Assembly (NCBI GenBank): GCA_041675825.1 | Contig: JBAYTC010000001.1 | Coordinates: 1-56,591 of the forward strand | Direction of reading: 5' to 3' | Source: Bacilli bacterium | Lineage (GTDB): Bacteria > Bacillota_I > Bacilli_A > ML615J-28 > CAG-698 | DNA length: 56,591 nucleotides | Shown here: positions 1-9,446 of the stretch, one piece after another | How positions within the stretch are numbered: position 1 is the stretch's first letter | Layout of the letters: each line of letters starts with the position of its first letter | Program-made: the position numbers and the translations under genes | The notes under the pieces: generated by a model | Told to the model about the DNA's origin: nothing | Databases searched by the model: none | The model's input: the letters and a program-made list of their open reading frames with translations, nothing else

Positions 1-215
1 ATAGGTATAGATCTTTGATAAACATAGTTGGATATATATTTTCCAAAAATTTTATTGTTTAATAACCACTCATATATTTTCTTTGAGCTTCTAATATAGA
101 AATATCCAGATAGGAGAATAAAAGGTGTTGTTGGTATTATAGGTAATAGTATACCTATTGTACCTAGTATTAGGGAAATGGTTCCGAGTATAATGTAGAT
201 TATTTTTTTGATAAT
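1..215 (-). CDS. YbaN/DUF454 family small inner-membrane protein; N-terminal ~70 codons only, gene runs off the left edge
   Basis: Open-ended, so absent from the ORF track. The minus-strand translation is IKKIIYIILGTISLILGTIGILLPIIPTTPFILLSGYFYIRSSKKIYEWLLNNKIFGKY. It carries the LPxxPTTPFILL...RSS...WLL signature I recall from E. coli YbaN. RBS AAAGGAGGT lies at 219-227. There is no in-frame ATG/GTG/TTG, so the start is ATT (215) or ATC (212). Confidence 0.7.
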   Translation of the reverse strand, partial: MIKKIIYIILGTISLILGTIGILLPIIPTTPFILLSGYFYIRSSKKIYEWLLNNKIFGKYISNYVYQRSIP

Positions 216-281
216 TTTACCTCCTTTAGTTGTATTTCTATTATAACTGAAAATTTCAGAAAATCAATTTTATAGATAATA

Positions 282-313
282 AAAGTGTATTATAATAAAA
301 TATAATACACTTT
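282..313 (-). terminator. Rho-independent terminator after the GGDEF-EAL gene
   Basis: Perfect 13-bp stem (aaagtgtattata / tataatacacttt) with a 6-nt loop, 3 nt downstream of the stop at 317, with T-rich flanks. Confidence 0.7.
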
Positions 314-316
314 ATA

Positions 317-2710
317 TTAAACTAAATTTTGATTCTTATTTAATATAATAACATCAGTTATATCCATTGGTTTGTAGTAGAAGTATCCTTGAACAATATG
401 ACAATCTGTTAGTCTAAGCAGTTTTATTTGCTCCTCTGTTTCAATTCCTTCAGCTAAAACGTTAAAATTTAATAGTTTAGCCAGTTTTATAATTGTATTA
501 TATACTTCTAATTTTTCTTCATTTAAATATTTAACTGCGATACTTCGGTCTAGTTTTACAACTTCTAATTGATATTTGGTTAGGTAGTCTAATCCGGCTT
601 GCCCTGAACCAAAATCATCTAGAGCTAGTTTAAAACCAATCTCATTAACTTTTTTAAGAAACTCTAAAGCTTTATCCTCTTTATCAATTAATACACTTTC
701 AGTTATTTCTATACCAAAAAGAGAATAATCAATATTATTTTCATCAAGCAAATCTTTAATATATTTAAGTAGTTCTTCATCTTCGAATTGATGAACAGAA
801 AAGTTTACATATATTGTTTTTAAAGGGATGTCTTCTAGTTGAAACATTTTTAATGCTTCAATTGATTTCTGAATAATAACTCTACCAATAGAATTAATTA
901 GGTGTGTCTTTTCTGCAACTTTAATAAAATTGACTGGTGTAATATCAGCATTAATAATTCTGGCTAGTGCTTCATAACTTACAATTTGACCAGTTTTCAT
1001 GTCAATCTGTGGTTGTAGTTTAATTTTAAAACCATCATGTCTTAAGGCTTTTCTTATTTCCTGAACTATGTCGGCATCGCTTTGGAGAATATCCGACATA
1101 TAGTCTTTATAATATGTATATTTTCTTTTGCCTGTTGATTTAGATTCATACATTGCTATGTCAGATTTTCTGATAAGCTCTGATGTAGTGTCGCCATTTT
1201 CCGGATAAATCGATATACCTATAGATAAATCTAGTACGAATTCATCTTCATCTACAGTTATTTGCGTATGAAAGTCATCATAAATTTTAGACATTGTATC
1301 TTCAATTTCATTGTTGTTTTCAAATGGTAATAAAATAACAAACTCGTCTCCTCCATAGCGCGATACAAATAGATTCTTGTATTTACCAGTAGAAAGTTTT
1401 TTCCCAACTTCTATAAGAATTTTATCCCCATATACGTGACCCTTGGTGTCGTTATGATTTTTAAAATCATCTAGATCAATAAATAGAACTGCAAATTTAA
1501 CTTTGTTTTCAACATGCTCCTCAATTTTTTGAGTTAAGTATAATCTATTTGGGAGTTTTGTTAGAAAATCGGTAAATGCTAGCATACTAATTTCATTGTT
1601 TAATACAATGTTTTCATCATTTGCTTCCTTTATGCGATTAGCAAGTTTATCTAAAGATAAAAACATATTTTTAAATACCACCATTTTCTTCTTTGGCTTT
1701 TTGTATACACCACTTTTTATATCAAAACTTGTTAATGACTTATCTAACATTCTTAATGGTATTATTACTTGAATAACTTCTAATATACCAAAAGCAAAAA
1801 TTGATGCTACTCCAATTAATGTAATTGCTATAGTAAGTGTATTGTTCATTTCTCTATAGAACTGCAATGTATAGGAAATCGCAAGTATTGTTTCAACTTC
1901 ACCATCTCTGTACACAGGAACTAAGACTTCTAATACTTCATGATTTTCTTGTGTATATAAAACATCGTGAGTGTAAGTTTCACCGCTAAAAACAGCATTA
2001 AAAATATCATCATCAAATGTTGTATTAGATTGAATAAATTGTCTTGTGTCTGCAATCACATCTTGATCACTATTTATTACATAAGCAAATTCAATGTTTG
2101 TGTTTTCTACAACAATTTTTTGAACAATGCTCTCATATGATAAATCTGCAGTTAGTTGCACGACGTAATCAGCGTTAAGCGCTGTTTCAACAAAATAACC
2201 ATCATCATCTCTGGCATATACAACCATGTAGTATACGTCTCCCTCAGTTGATAAACGAATACCTTCAATGTATAAATCTTCATCACTTTGCATGAAATTA
2301 TAAATTGGATCACCCGGTGTTGGCGTCCAACCAATAAAAGTATTTGTGTTATCGTATATTACTTCTCCATCAGGAGTAAACCACCAAATGTTGTGAACGC
2401 CAGTAATCTCAGACAAATCTTGTAAATAATTATTTGACAGTAAATCTCTATTCTTAATAACTATTTTTGCAACCGAAACGAGTTTTTCACTTAAATCATT
2501 AATTATATGAGTTTCTAGTTGATGATTTTGTTCCACAGTATGTGCATAGGATTGTGAATAAAATTCATTATTTTTTTTGTAAATATCTTTAAAATTATCA
2601 CTTGTATAATAATATAAAACAACAGAAAGCAGAAAAGTTATAACAATTGTTACTATGAGCGGGAAAAAAAACAGCCGATTTAAATTAAAATTTTTAAGTT
2701 CTTTTGGCAT
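317..2710 (-). CDS. Membrane sensor diguanylate cyclase/phosphodiesterase: TM, ~250-aa extracytoplasmic Cache-like domain, TM, GGDEF, EAL
   Basis: 797-aa ORF. Hydrophobic segments at about aa 14-35 and 292-315. Intact GGDEF motif (SRYGGDEFVILL). EAL motifs present: YEALARI, DDFGSGQAG, EGIETEEQ, QGYFYYKP. Confidence 0.9.
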   Translation of the reverse strand: MPKELKNFNLNRLFFFPLIVTIVITFLLSVVLYYYTSDNFKDIYKKNNEFYSQSYAHTVEQNHQLETHIINDLSEKLVSVAKIVIKNRDLLSNNYLQDLSEITGVHNIWWFTPDGEVIYDNTNTFIGWTPTPGDPIYNFMQSDEDLYIEGIRLSTEGDVYYMVVYARDDDGYFVETALNADYVVQLTADLSYESIVQKIVVENTNIEFAYVINSDQDVIADTRQFIQSNTTFDDDIFNAVFSGETYTHDVLYTQENHEVLEVLVPVYRDGEVETILAISYTLQFYREMNNTLTIAITLIGVASIFAFGILEVIQVIIPLRMLDKSLTSFDIKSGVYKKPKKKMVVFKNMFLSLDKLANRIKEANDENIVLNNEISMLAFTDFLTKLPNRLYLTQKIEEHVENKVKFAVLFIDLDDFKNHNDTKGHVYGDKILIEVGKKLSTGKYKNLFVSRYGGDEFVILLPFENNNEIEDTMSKIYDDFHTQITVDEDEFVLDLSIGISIYPENGDTTSELIRKSDIAMYESKSTGKRKYTYYKDYMSDILQSDADIVQEIRKALRHDGFKIKLQPQIDMKTGQIVSYEALARIINADITPVNFIKVAEKTHLINSIGRVIIQKSIEALKMFQLEDIPLKTIYVNFSVHQFEDEELLKYIKDLLDENNIDYSLFGIEITESVLIDKEDKALEFLKKVNEIGFKLALDDFGSGQAGLDYLTKYQLEVVKLDRSIAVKYLNEEKLEVYNTIIKLAKLLNFNVLAEGIETEEQIKLLRLTDCHIVQGYFYYKPMDITDVIILNKNQNLV

Positions 2711-2872
2711 AATTCACCTCATTACTTTTATATTCCTTTAATATATTATATCACATTTTTGTTTTGTTTAGGCAATAATGTATTTATATGTACTTATATA
2801 ATTGAAAAAATTCAATAAAAATGTTATGATAATGATAGTGAAAAAGTATATAACAAACCAAAAGGAGCCATT

Positions 2873-4255
2873 ATGAATCCAAGCAGATTTAAATATATTA
2901 ATACAAAACACAATGATGTTTCAAAAAAAATCCTCTTGTATTGGATGCAACAGTCAATGCGTGTTGAGTTTAATCATGCACTAGACTATGCGATAAAAAT
3001 GGCTAATTTGTTTAAAATACCACTTGTTGTATTTTTTATAATAAGGGAAAACTACCTAGGTGCAAATCTGAGACACTATAAATTTATGATAGAGGGGCTA
3101 ATTGAGGTCGATGAATCCTTAAGAAAGCAAGGAATTAAATTTGTTGTTTTTAAAAATGAGAGTGAAGCATATAGTTTAATAAAAGAAGCACATACCTTAG
3201 TAATGGACTATGGTTATTTAAAAACACAAATAAATTGGATTAAAAGCATTTTAGATTTCATAGATTATTCAATGTTGAAGATTAATGTTGCAATAATCGA
3301 AACTGATTCAATTGTTCCCGTGAAACAAGCCTATTTCAAAGGGGCTTATGGTGCATATGTCATTCGACCCCATCTGATGAAGAAACTTACTGAATTTATG
3401 GATTACAGTAGTCCACCAAAATATTTAATTAAACAAGAAGCAAATTTGGAAGCTTTTAACTATGTGAACATAAGTTTAGATATATTAAAAAACCTTGAAA
3501 CTGATTTGGATGTTAAGCCATATTATAAATTTAAAGGAGGTCATAGTGAAGCAATAAATCATTTAATCAATTTTTTTAATAACAAGGTAAATGATTATAG
3601 CAGAAGAAGTGATCCTTCATTACAAATACAATCATATCAATCGATATATTTACATTTCGGAAACATATCCCCTCTTGAAATTATGAATATAGCTACAAAA
3701 TATTATAATAATAATTTAGTTAAAAAAGAAGATTATGATAGTTTCATTGAGCAATTATTAGTTAGACGCGAATTGTCTTTTAACTTTGTTACCTACGAAA
3801 AAGATTATGATGATTTTGACTACATGACAGAGGAATGGGCATATATTACTATGAACAATCATATAGAAGATAAAAGAGAATATATCTACACAGCTGATGA
3901 AATTGAGTTTAGCAAAACACACGATATATATTTTAATGCTTGCATGTATGAAGCTAGATTAACAGGGTTTATGGCAAACTACATGCGAATGTATTGGGCA
4001 AAAAAAATCATAGAATGGTCAATAACCTATAAAAATGCATATGAATTGATAGTTTATTTAAACAACAAGTATTTACTAGATGGTCGAGATGCTAATACAT
4101 ACACAAATATTGCATGGTGCTTTGGAAAGATGGATCGTCCATGGATGGAAAGGCCAATATTCGGCAAGTTAAGATATATGAATGATTTAGGACTTAAACG
4201 TAAATTCGATATGGACAAGTATGTTCAATTAATAAATTCCTTAAAAAAAGAGTAA
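2873..4255 (+). CDS. phr: Deoxyribodipyrimidine (CPD) photolyase, class II
   Basis: 460 aa. Collinear along its whole length with class II photolyases as I recall them, e.g. Methanosarcina mazei: LYWMQQSMRVEFNHAL, YLHFGNISP, MRMYWAKKIIEW, DGRDANTY, GKLRYMN. RBS AAAGGAG upstream. Confidence 0.88.
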   Translation: MNPSRFKYINTKHNDVSKKILLYWMQQSMRVEFNHALDYAIKMANLFKIPLVVFFIIRENYLGANLRHYKFMIEGLIEVDESLRKQGIKFVVFKNESEAYSLIKEAHTLVMDYGYLKTQINWIKSILDFIDYSMLKINVAIIETDSIVPVKQAYFKGAYGAYVIRPHLMKKLTEFMDYSSPPKYLIKQEANLEAFNYVNISLDILKNLETDLDVKPYYKFKGGHSEAINHLINFFNNKVNDYSRRSDPSLQIQSYQSIYLHFGNISPLEIMNIATKYYNNNLVKKEDYDSFIEQLLVRRELSFNFVTYEKDYDDFDYMTEEWAYITMNNHIEDKREYIYTADEIEFSKTHDIYFNACMYEARLTGFMANYMRMYWAKKIIEWSITYKNAYELIVYLNNKYLLDGRDANTYTNIAWCFGKMDRPWMERPIFGKLRYMNDLGLKRKFDMDKYVQLINSLKKE

Positions 4256-4278
4256 AAATTTTATTTTTACTCTTTTTT
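4246..4278 (+). terminator. Rho-independent terminator of phr
   Basis: 14-bp perfect stem (aaaagagtaaaaat / atttttactctttt), 3-nt loop and T tail. It includes the phr stop codon. Confidence 0.8.
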
Positions 4279-4315
4279 GTTAGCTTATTTTTATCTTAAA
4301 TTAGTTATTATTTTT

Positions 4316-4355
4316 TTGCAAATCATTTGCAAAAGAGTATTATTTTTGCTATAAT
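4316..4355 (+). promoter_or_regulatory. znuA promoter (TTGCAA-17 nt-TATAAT) with an overlapping 8-1-8 perfect palindrome; candidate Zur operator
   Basis: -35 TTGCAA at 4327-4332 and -10 TATAAT at 4350-4355, with a 17-nt spacer. The palindrome TTGCAAATcATTTGCAA at 4316-4332 covers the -35. zur is the last gene of the operon. Confidence 0.6.
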
Positions 4356-4379
4356 AAGATATATTCTTGGAGGTCTTTG

Positions 4380-5315
4380 ATGAAGAAAGTAATTACGTTA
4401 TTATTATTTACACTTGTAATATTTTTTGGTGGTTGTACCAAGAAAGAAAATGTAGATATAATTACAACATCTTTTATAGGATATGATTTGGCATATAATA
4501 TTGCTGGAGACAATCTTACTATTGAAAATATAATGCCATGGGGAAGTGAATTACATAATTTTGAACCTACTCCTAGACAAATGAGCAATATAAATCATTC
4601 TGACTTGTTTATATATTTAAGTGTAGAATTAGAACCTTGGGTAGCCAATAATGTTACTCAACCTAATGCTCTGAACTTATCCGAAAGTTTTGTAAGATTA
4701 GACCATGACCATAACCACGATGATGATATTGGTCCAGAGGAAGATCATCTTCATGAAGATGACCATGATCATTCAAGTCTACATTTTTGGACAGACCCTA
4801 CTACTTACGTGCAACTAATAAATGTAGTTAGAGATAAGATTATTGCCATTGATCCAGAGAATGAACAATTGTATACATCAAGAGCTATTGTTTATTATGA
4901 AATGATAAACGATCTACATATTGATTTTGATATATTTACACAAAACCTAGATAAAAGAAATATATTTTTAGCTGGACATAATGCAATGGATGCATTTGCC
5001 GAGAGATATCATATAAATATCAGATCACTTACTGGTGATTATAAACCGAATGCCGATTTAACTGGACCTCAAATTATAAGTCTACGTGATGAAATAGTTG
5101 AATTAGATATTCACTATCTATTTACCGAGGAACTTGTAGAGCCTAGAGTAGCATTAAGATTAAAGGAAACACTCGAATCACAAAGCTATGCATTAAATTT
5201 ATTAGAACTTCACGGTTATCACAACATCAGTCAAAAACAATATGAAGAAAGGGTGAACTATGCAAGATTATTCCAACAAAACATCGACAACATCAAACAA
5301 GCCCTTAGCAATTGA
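4380..5315 (+). CDS. znuA: Zinc ABC transporter substrate-binding lipoprotein (ZnuA/AdcA type) with a His/Asp-rich loop
   Basis: Lipobox FFGGC. His-rich loop DHDHNHDDDIGPEEDHLHEDDHDHSSLHFW, typical of Zn-specific cluster A-I binding proteins. ATG at 4380 lies 6 nt after GGAGG; the track start at 4377 is a TTG. Confidence 0.88.
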   Translation: MKKVITLLLFTLVIFFGGCTKKENVDIITTSFIGYDLAYNIAGDNLTIENIMPWGSELHNFEPTPRQMSNINHSDLFIYLSVELEPWVANNVTQPNALNLSESFVRLDHDHNHDDDIGPEEDHLHEDDHDHSSLHFWTDPTTYVQLINVVRDKIIAIDPENEQLYTSRAIVYYEMINDLHIDFDIFTQNLDKRNIFLAGHNAMDAFAERYHINIRSLTGDYKPNADLTGPQIISLRDEIVELDIHYLFTEELVEPRVALRLKETLESQSYALNLLELHGYHNISQKQYEERVNYARLFQQNIDNIKQALSN

Positions 5316-5970
5316 ATTATCTGATGTATCAGTTAGTTTTGGTAAGTTTTGTGCTTTAAAGAATGTTAGTTTTTCTATTAATAAAGGTGACTTTTTGTAT
5401 ATTGTTGGTCCTAATGGCAGCGGGAAAACCACTCTTATTAAACTTATGGTAGGAGTTATAGAACCTACATTAGGCAAAGTACATATTAATAGTGACAACT
5501 TAGGTTATCTTCCTCAAAAATTTAATTATTCTCATCAGTTTCCTGTTACCGTAAGAGAGGTTATTTATAGTGGATGTAAGAAACAAAGAATTATTGCTAC
5601 AAAAAAATCCAAAGCCTTGATTAAAACTTGGCTAAAAAAAATGGAGATTGAACATCTTTCTGAAAATTCAATGGCTAATTTATCCGGTGGAGAACAACAA
5701 AGAGTGTTCTTAATTAGAGCATTAATTAATAAACCAAATTTATTAATTATGGATGAGCCAACAAGTGCTCTTGATCCAAAGTTTAGAAGACATTTTAATG
5801 AAATAATAAATAGATTATCAAAAGAAGGAGTAACTATAATATATGTTACTCATGACTTACATGATCGAGTTGATGATAATGCAAAAATAATGTATGTAGA
5901 TCAAACCGTAAGATTCTTTGGTAACTTTAATGACTATGCAGCAAGAAGTAGAGGTGAAGATAATGTTTGA
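5260..5970 (+). CDS. znuC: Zinc/metal ABC transporter ATP-binding protein
   Basis: Walker A GPNGSGKTT, signature LSGGEQQR, Walker [13 protein letters not shown]. Overlaps the znuA 3' end by 56 nt. Confidence 0.88.
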   Translation: MQDYSNKTSTTSNKPLAIELSDVSVSFGKFCALKNVSFSINKGDFLYIVGPNGSGKTTLIKLMVGVIEPTLGKVHINSDNLGYLPQKFNYSHQFPVTVREVIYSGCKKQRIIATKKSKALIKTWLKKMEIEHLSENSMANLSGGEQQRVFLIRALINKPNLLIMDEPTSALDPKFRRHFNEIINRLSKEGVTIIYVTHDLHDRVDDNAKIMYVDQTVRFFGNFNDYAARSRGEDNV

Positions 5971-6772
5971 TTTTTTCACTGAACAATTTATGCAATATGC
6001 ACTATATCTTGGATTAGCTTTAGCTGTTGCAGCTGCATTCTTAAGTCCATACCTTGTATTGAGTCATCAAGCTATGATAGCTGATGGTATTGCGCATATC
6101 TCATTTACAGGTATTAGTATTGGATTGCTTTTGTCATCACAAGCTTTGTATTTTGCGATACCCTTTGCAATAATTGCATCAATTGCGATTACTATATTAA
6201 CAGAAAAAGCAAATATGCAAAATGATGCCTCGATTAGCGTTGTATCGGCCTTTGCACTGGCAATAGGTTTAATTATTGTTACTGTAGGTGATGGTTTTAA
6301 CCGTTCAATTGAATCACTACTAGTAGGTAGTATATTAACTGTTAGTACTTCTGAAGTCCAATTAGCAATTATATTAATGGTTATTACAATTGTTTTTGTT
6401 TTAGCATTCTATCGACCACTATTGGCAATGACATATGATCCAGAGTATGCAAAGTTTTCTGGAGTTAAAACTTCTCTACTAAAATATAGTCTAGCAGCAT
6501 TAACTGCTGTATTTGTAGTAATTGGTGTTAAGACTGTTGGTATTTTACTTATTTCTGCATATACAATCTTTCCGGCTTTGATTTCTAATCAACTTGTTAA
6601 GAGTTTTAAATTAACTTTAGTAGGCGGAGTAGTTATAGCTATATTTACGATTTTCATTGGTATAACATTATCATATCATTTAAATCTTCCAACTGGATCT
6701 ACCATAGTTGTTGTGTACACAATATTATTAATTGGTGCATACTTACTTAGAAGAATACTAAGGAGGAATTAA
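5963..6772 (+). CDS. znuB: Zinc/metal ABC transporter permease
   Basis: Highly hydrophobic multi-TM protein of the ABC-3 (ZnuB/MntB-like) type. ATG at 5963 overlaps the znuC stop and lies 6 nt after GAGGTG. The track start at 5918 is probably too far upstream. Confidence 0.85.
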   Translation: MFDFFTEQFMQYALYLGLALAVAAAFLSPYLVLSHQAMIADGIAHISFTGISIGLLLSSQALYFAIPFAIIASIAITILTEKANMQNDASISVVSAFALAIGLIIVTVGDGFNRSIESLLVGSILTVSTSEVQLAIILMVITIVFVLAFYRPLLAMTYDPEYAKFSGVKTSLLKYSLAALTAVFVVIGVKTVGILLISAYTIFPALISNQLVKSFKLTLVGGVVIAIFTIFIGITLSYHLNLPTGSTIVVVYTILLIGAYLLRRILRRN

Positions 6773-6774
6773 AA

Positions 6775-7152
6775 ATGCGACTAACAAAAAATAGACAACT
6801 TATATTAGATATTTTTAAAAATCACAATGAGCCATTAAGTGCAGAAATGATTGCTGATAAAATAAATGACGTACTAATAAATCTCTCAACGATTTATAGG
6901 ACTTTAGATTTGTTTTTTACAAAAGGTATTATAGGAAGAAGCAATATTGGTCATACTGCTTACTATTATATAAATGATGATTCTCATCACCATTATATGA
7001 TATGTCTTGGTTGCAATAGAAAGTTTGAACTTGATTGTCACTTAGATAGAATCGCCAGAGAAAAAGCTGGTGAACATAACTTTGAAATCACGCAACACGA
7101 TTTAACAGTTTATGGATATTGTAGCGAATGTAAAAGTAAAAATCACAACTGA
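6775..7152 (+). CDS. zur: Fur-family transcriptional repressor, probably Zur
   Basis: 125 aa. Winged-helix N-terminus, HHHY plus CLGC...CSEC structural zinc site. Terminal gene of the znu operon. RBS AAGGAGG. Confidence 0.85.
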   Translation: MRLTKNRQLILDIFKNHNEPLSAEMIADKINDVLINLSTIYRTLDLFFTKGIIGRSNIGHTAYYYINDDSHHHYMICLGCNRKFELDCHLDRIAREKAGEHNFEITQHDLTVYGYCSECKSKNHN

Positions 7153-7172
7153 TAAATCAGTTGTGATTTTTT
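7141..7172. terminator. Bidirectional terminator between zur (+) and ahpF (-)
   Basis: 12-bp perfect stem (aatcacaactga / tcagttgtgatt) with a 4-nt loop. A T run follows on the + strand and an A run precedes. Confidence 0.8.
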
Positions 7173-8688
7173 AATTGCGAATTATATAATCAAAAGCACT
7201 TAATGCGGCAATTGCACCAGCACCCATTGATATAATTATTTGTTTATATAATGAATTAGTACAGTCACCAGCTGCAAAAACTCCTGGAATTGAAGTAGCA
7301 CCTCTATTGTCGATAACTAGTTCTCCCATTCTATTTTTTTCGATATTGTTTATCCATTCTGTACTTGGCATTAATCCTATTTGAACAAATACTCCATCAA
7401 GATTAATGTGAGTTTCATTGTTATTATCACGATTAACAAAAGTAATTCCATTTACTTTATCAACACCTGTAATTTCCTTTGTTTGAACATTTTTGTAAAC
7501 TGTGACATTTGAAAGACTGTAGAGTTTTTCTTGTAATACTTTATCTGCTTTTAATTCAGGTAAAAATTCTAGAACTGTTACATGTTTACTTGTTCCAGCT
7601 AAATCAATTGCCGCTTCAATACCAGAGTTTCCACCACCAATTACTGCGACATCTTTGCCTTCGAATAAAGGTCCATCACAGTGAGGGCAATAAGCTACAC
7701 CTTTATTTTTGAATTTTGCTTCTCCCGGAACATTGACATTACGCCATTTTGACCCAGTTGCAATTATTGCAGTCTTAGATTTTAGAATACCACCACTTGA
7801 TAAAGTAACTTCAATTAATTCTTTCTTTTCTAAGTTAACTACATTTTCAGATTTAATTATATCAACATTATAATCTTTCATATGAGCTTCTAGATCTTGA
7901 CCAAGTTTTGGTCCAGTAGTACTTCTAACTCCTATAATGTTTTCGATACTTAAAGTATCTAAAACTTGACCACCAATTCTTTCAGCAATCACCCCGGTTT
8001 TAATTCCTTTTCTAGCAGCATAGATTGCAGCACTCGCACCAGCAGGTCCACCACCAATAACTAAAACATCATATATGGGTTTTTCATCATAGTTTACTTT
8101 GCTAATTCCTAACTTCTTAAGTATGTCATCAAGTGACATTCTGCCGCCATCAAAGTATTCATTGTTTAGAAAAACAGCTGGAACCGCCATTACTTCTTTA
8201 TTGTCGGCTTCGTCTTTAAATATAGCACCATCAACCATTGTGTGAGTAATATTTGGATTAAGGGCACTCATCATGTTTAATGCTTGAACTACATCGGGAC
8301 AATTATGACATGTTAAACTAACAAAAGTAGTAAATTGCAAATTTTTATCAATTGATTTAATAAGATCGATATTTGCTTGAGAAATTTTTGGAGCTCTTCC
8401 ACCAATTTGCAAAATAGCTAATACGAATGATGTGAATTCATGTCCTAATGGTATTCCAGCAAATACTATTTTATTTGGTTTGTCTTTTCTTTCTATAGAA
8501 AAACTCGGAGTTCTTTCCAGTTTAGAATCTTCTAGAGATATTCTATTTGTTAGAAACACTACTTCATCAAGAAATTCTTTCATTTCTTCAGATTTCTTGC
8601 TTTCATCTAACGATACTTTAATAACAAGGTCGTTTTCAAGCAAGTCAAGATATTGTTTAAGTTGGTTCTTAAGATTTATATCTAACAT
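7171..8688 (-). CDS. ahpF: Alkyl hydroperoxide reductase subunit F
   Basis: N-terminal thioredoxin-like fold with CHNC, FAD/NAD motifs GGGPAG and GGGNSG, and redox CPHCDG. AhpF proteins normally start MLDxNxKxQL, which matches the ATG at 8688. The track start at 8709 is a TTG that would overlap ahpC. Confidence 0.92.
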   Translation of the reverse strand: MLDINLKNQLKQYLDLLENDLVIKVSLDESKKSEEMKEFLDEVVFLTNRISLEDSKLERTPSFSIERKDKPNKIVFAGIPLGHEFTSFVLAILQIGGRAPKISQANIDLIKSIDKNLQFTTFVSLTCHNCPDVVQALNMMSALNPNITHTMVDGAIFKDEADNKEVMAVPAVFLNNEYFDGGRMSLDDILKKLGISKVNYDEKPIYDVLVIGGGPAGASAAIYAARKGIKTGVIAERIGGQVLDTLSIENIIGVRSTTGPKLGQDLEAHMKDYNVDIIKSENVVNLEKKELIEVTLSSGGILKSKTAIIATGSKWRNVNVPGEAKFKNKGVAYCPHCDGPLFEGKDVAVIGGGNSGIEAAIDLAGTSKHVTVLEFLPELKADKVLQEKLYSLSNVTVYKNVQTKEITGVDKVNGITFVNRDNNNETHINLDGVFVQIGLMPSTEWINNIEKNRMGELVIDNRGATSIPGVFAAGDCTNSLYKQIIISMGAGAIAALSAFDYIIRN

Positions 8689-8695
8689 AGGATTA

Positions 8696-9259
8696 TTAAA
8701 TCTTTCCAACTAAGTCTAAACTTGGTGTAAGTGTCTCTTTTCCTTCTTCCCACTTTGCAGGACATACTTCCTTTGGATTTTTTCTAACATATTGAGCTGC
8801 TTTAATTTTATTAATTAATATACTTGCATCTCTTCCTATTCCTCCAGCATTAATTTCTAATGCTTGAACAACTCCATCCGGATCGATGATAAATGTACCT
8901 CTTTGAGCTAAACCGGTTTCCTCTTCAAGAACATCAAAGTTTCTAGAAATAACGTGACTTGGATCACCAATCATAATATATTGAACTTTCTTAATTGCTT
9001 CAGAATGTTCATGCCAAGCCTTATGAGTAAAATGTGTATCTGTTGATACTGAATACACTTCAACCCCTAATTTTTTTAAATCATTATATTGTTCTTGCAA
9101 ATCTTCTAATTCCGTTGGGCAAACAAATGTAAAATCAGCAGGGTAGAAGCATACTATACTCCATTTGCCTTTCATATTTTCATTAGTTACCTCAATGAAC
9201 TTTCCGTTTTGAAAAGCATCAGCTTTAAATGGTAATATTTCTTTTCCTATTAATGACAT
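8696..9259 (-). CDS. ahpC: Peroxiredoxin, alkyl hydroperoxide reductase subunit C (typical 2-Cys)
   Basis: 187 aa. Peroxidatic motif DFTFVCPTE and resolving Cys in EVCPAKW. Sits immediately upstream of ahpF. Confidence 0.95.
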   Translation of the reverse strand: MSLIGKEILPFKADAFQNGKFIEVTNENMKGKWSIVCFYPADFTFVCPTELEDLQEQYNDLKKLGVEVYSVSTDTHFTHKAWHEHSEAIKKVQYIMIGDPSHVISRNFDVLEEETGLAQRGTFIIDPDGVVQALEINAGGIGRDASILINKIKAAQYVRKNPKEVCPAKWEEGKETLTPSLDLVGKI

Positions 9260-9446
9260 ATATATTCCTCCTTATGTTGTCTATAGTATTCATTAAAATA
9301 CTTACTTATACATTGTAATTAATAACAGCCAAAAAAGCAATTAATATGCTTTAAAAAGTTAGCAATGGCTAACATGACAAATATATCGATTTATAATCTA
9401 TTAATTTATTAAAATTATGGTATAATTAAGAAAAAGAGGTGTTAAT

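Noticed and set aside
2152-2334. Short ORFs in the track lying antisense to, or out of frame inside, larger conserved genes. Examples: 2152-2334, 4349-4588, 5268-5498, 7509-7712, 8432-8713, 11595-11925, 12346-12549, 12952-13161, 15238-15465, 16164-16478, 18743-18925, 19349-19609, 25756-25992, 26280-26480, 39150-39410, 40600-40797, 43728-44030, 44786-45085, 46539-47034, 53262-53492.
   Set aside because: Each is fully embedded in a longer ORF with clear family motifs. They have low-complexity, Ile/Leu/Phe/Ser-rich translations typical of AT-rich antisense frames, and no RBS.
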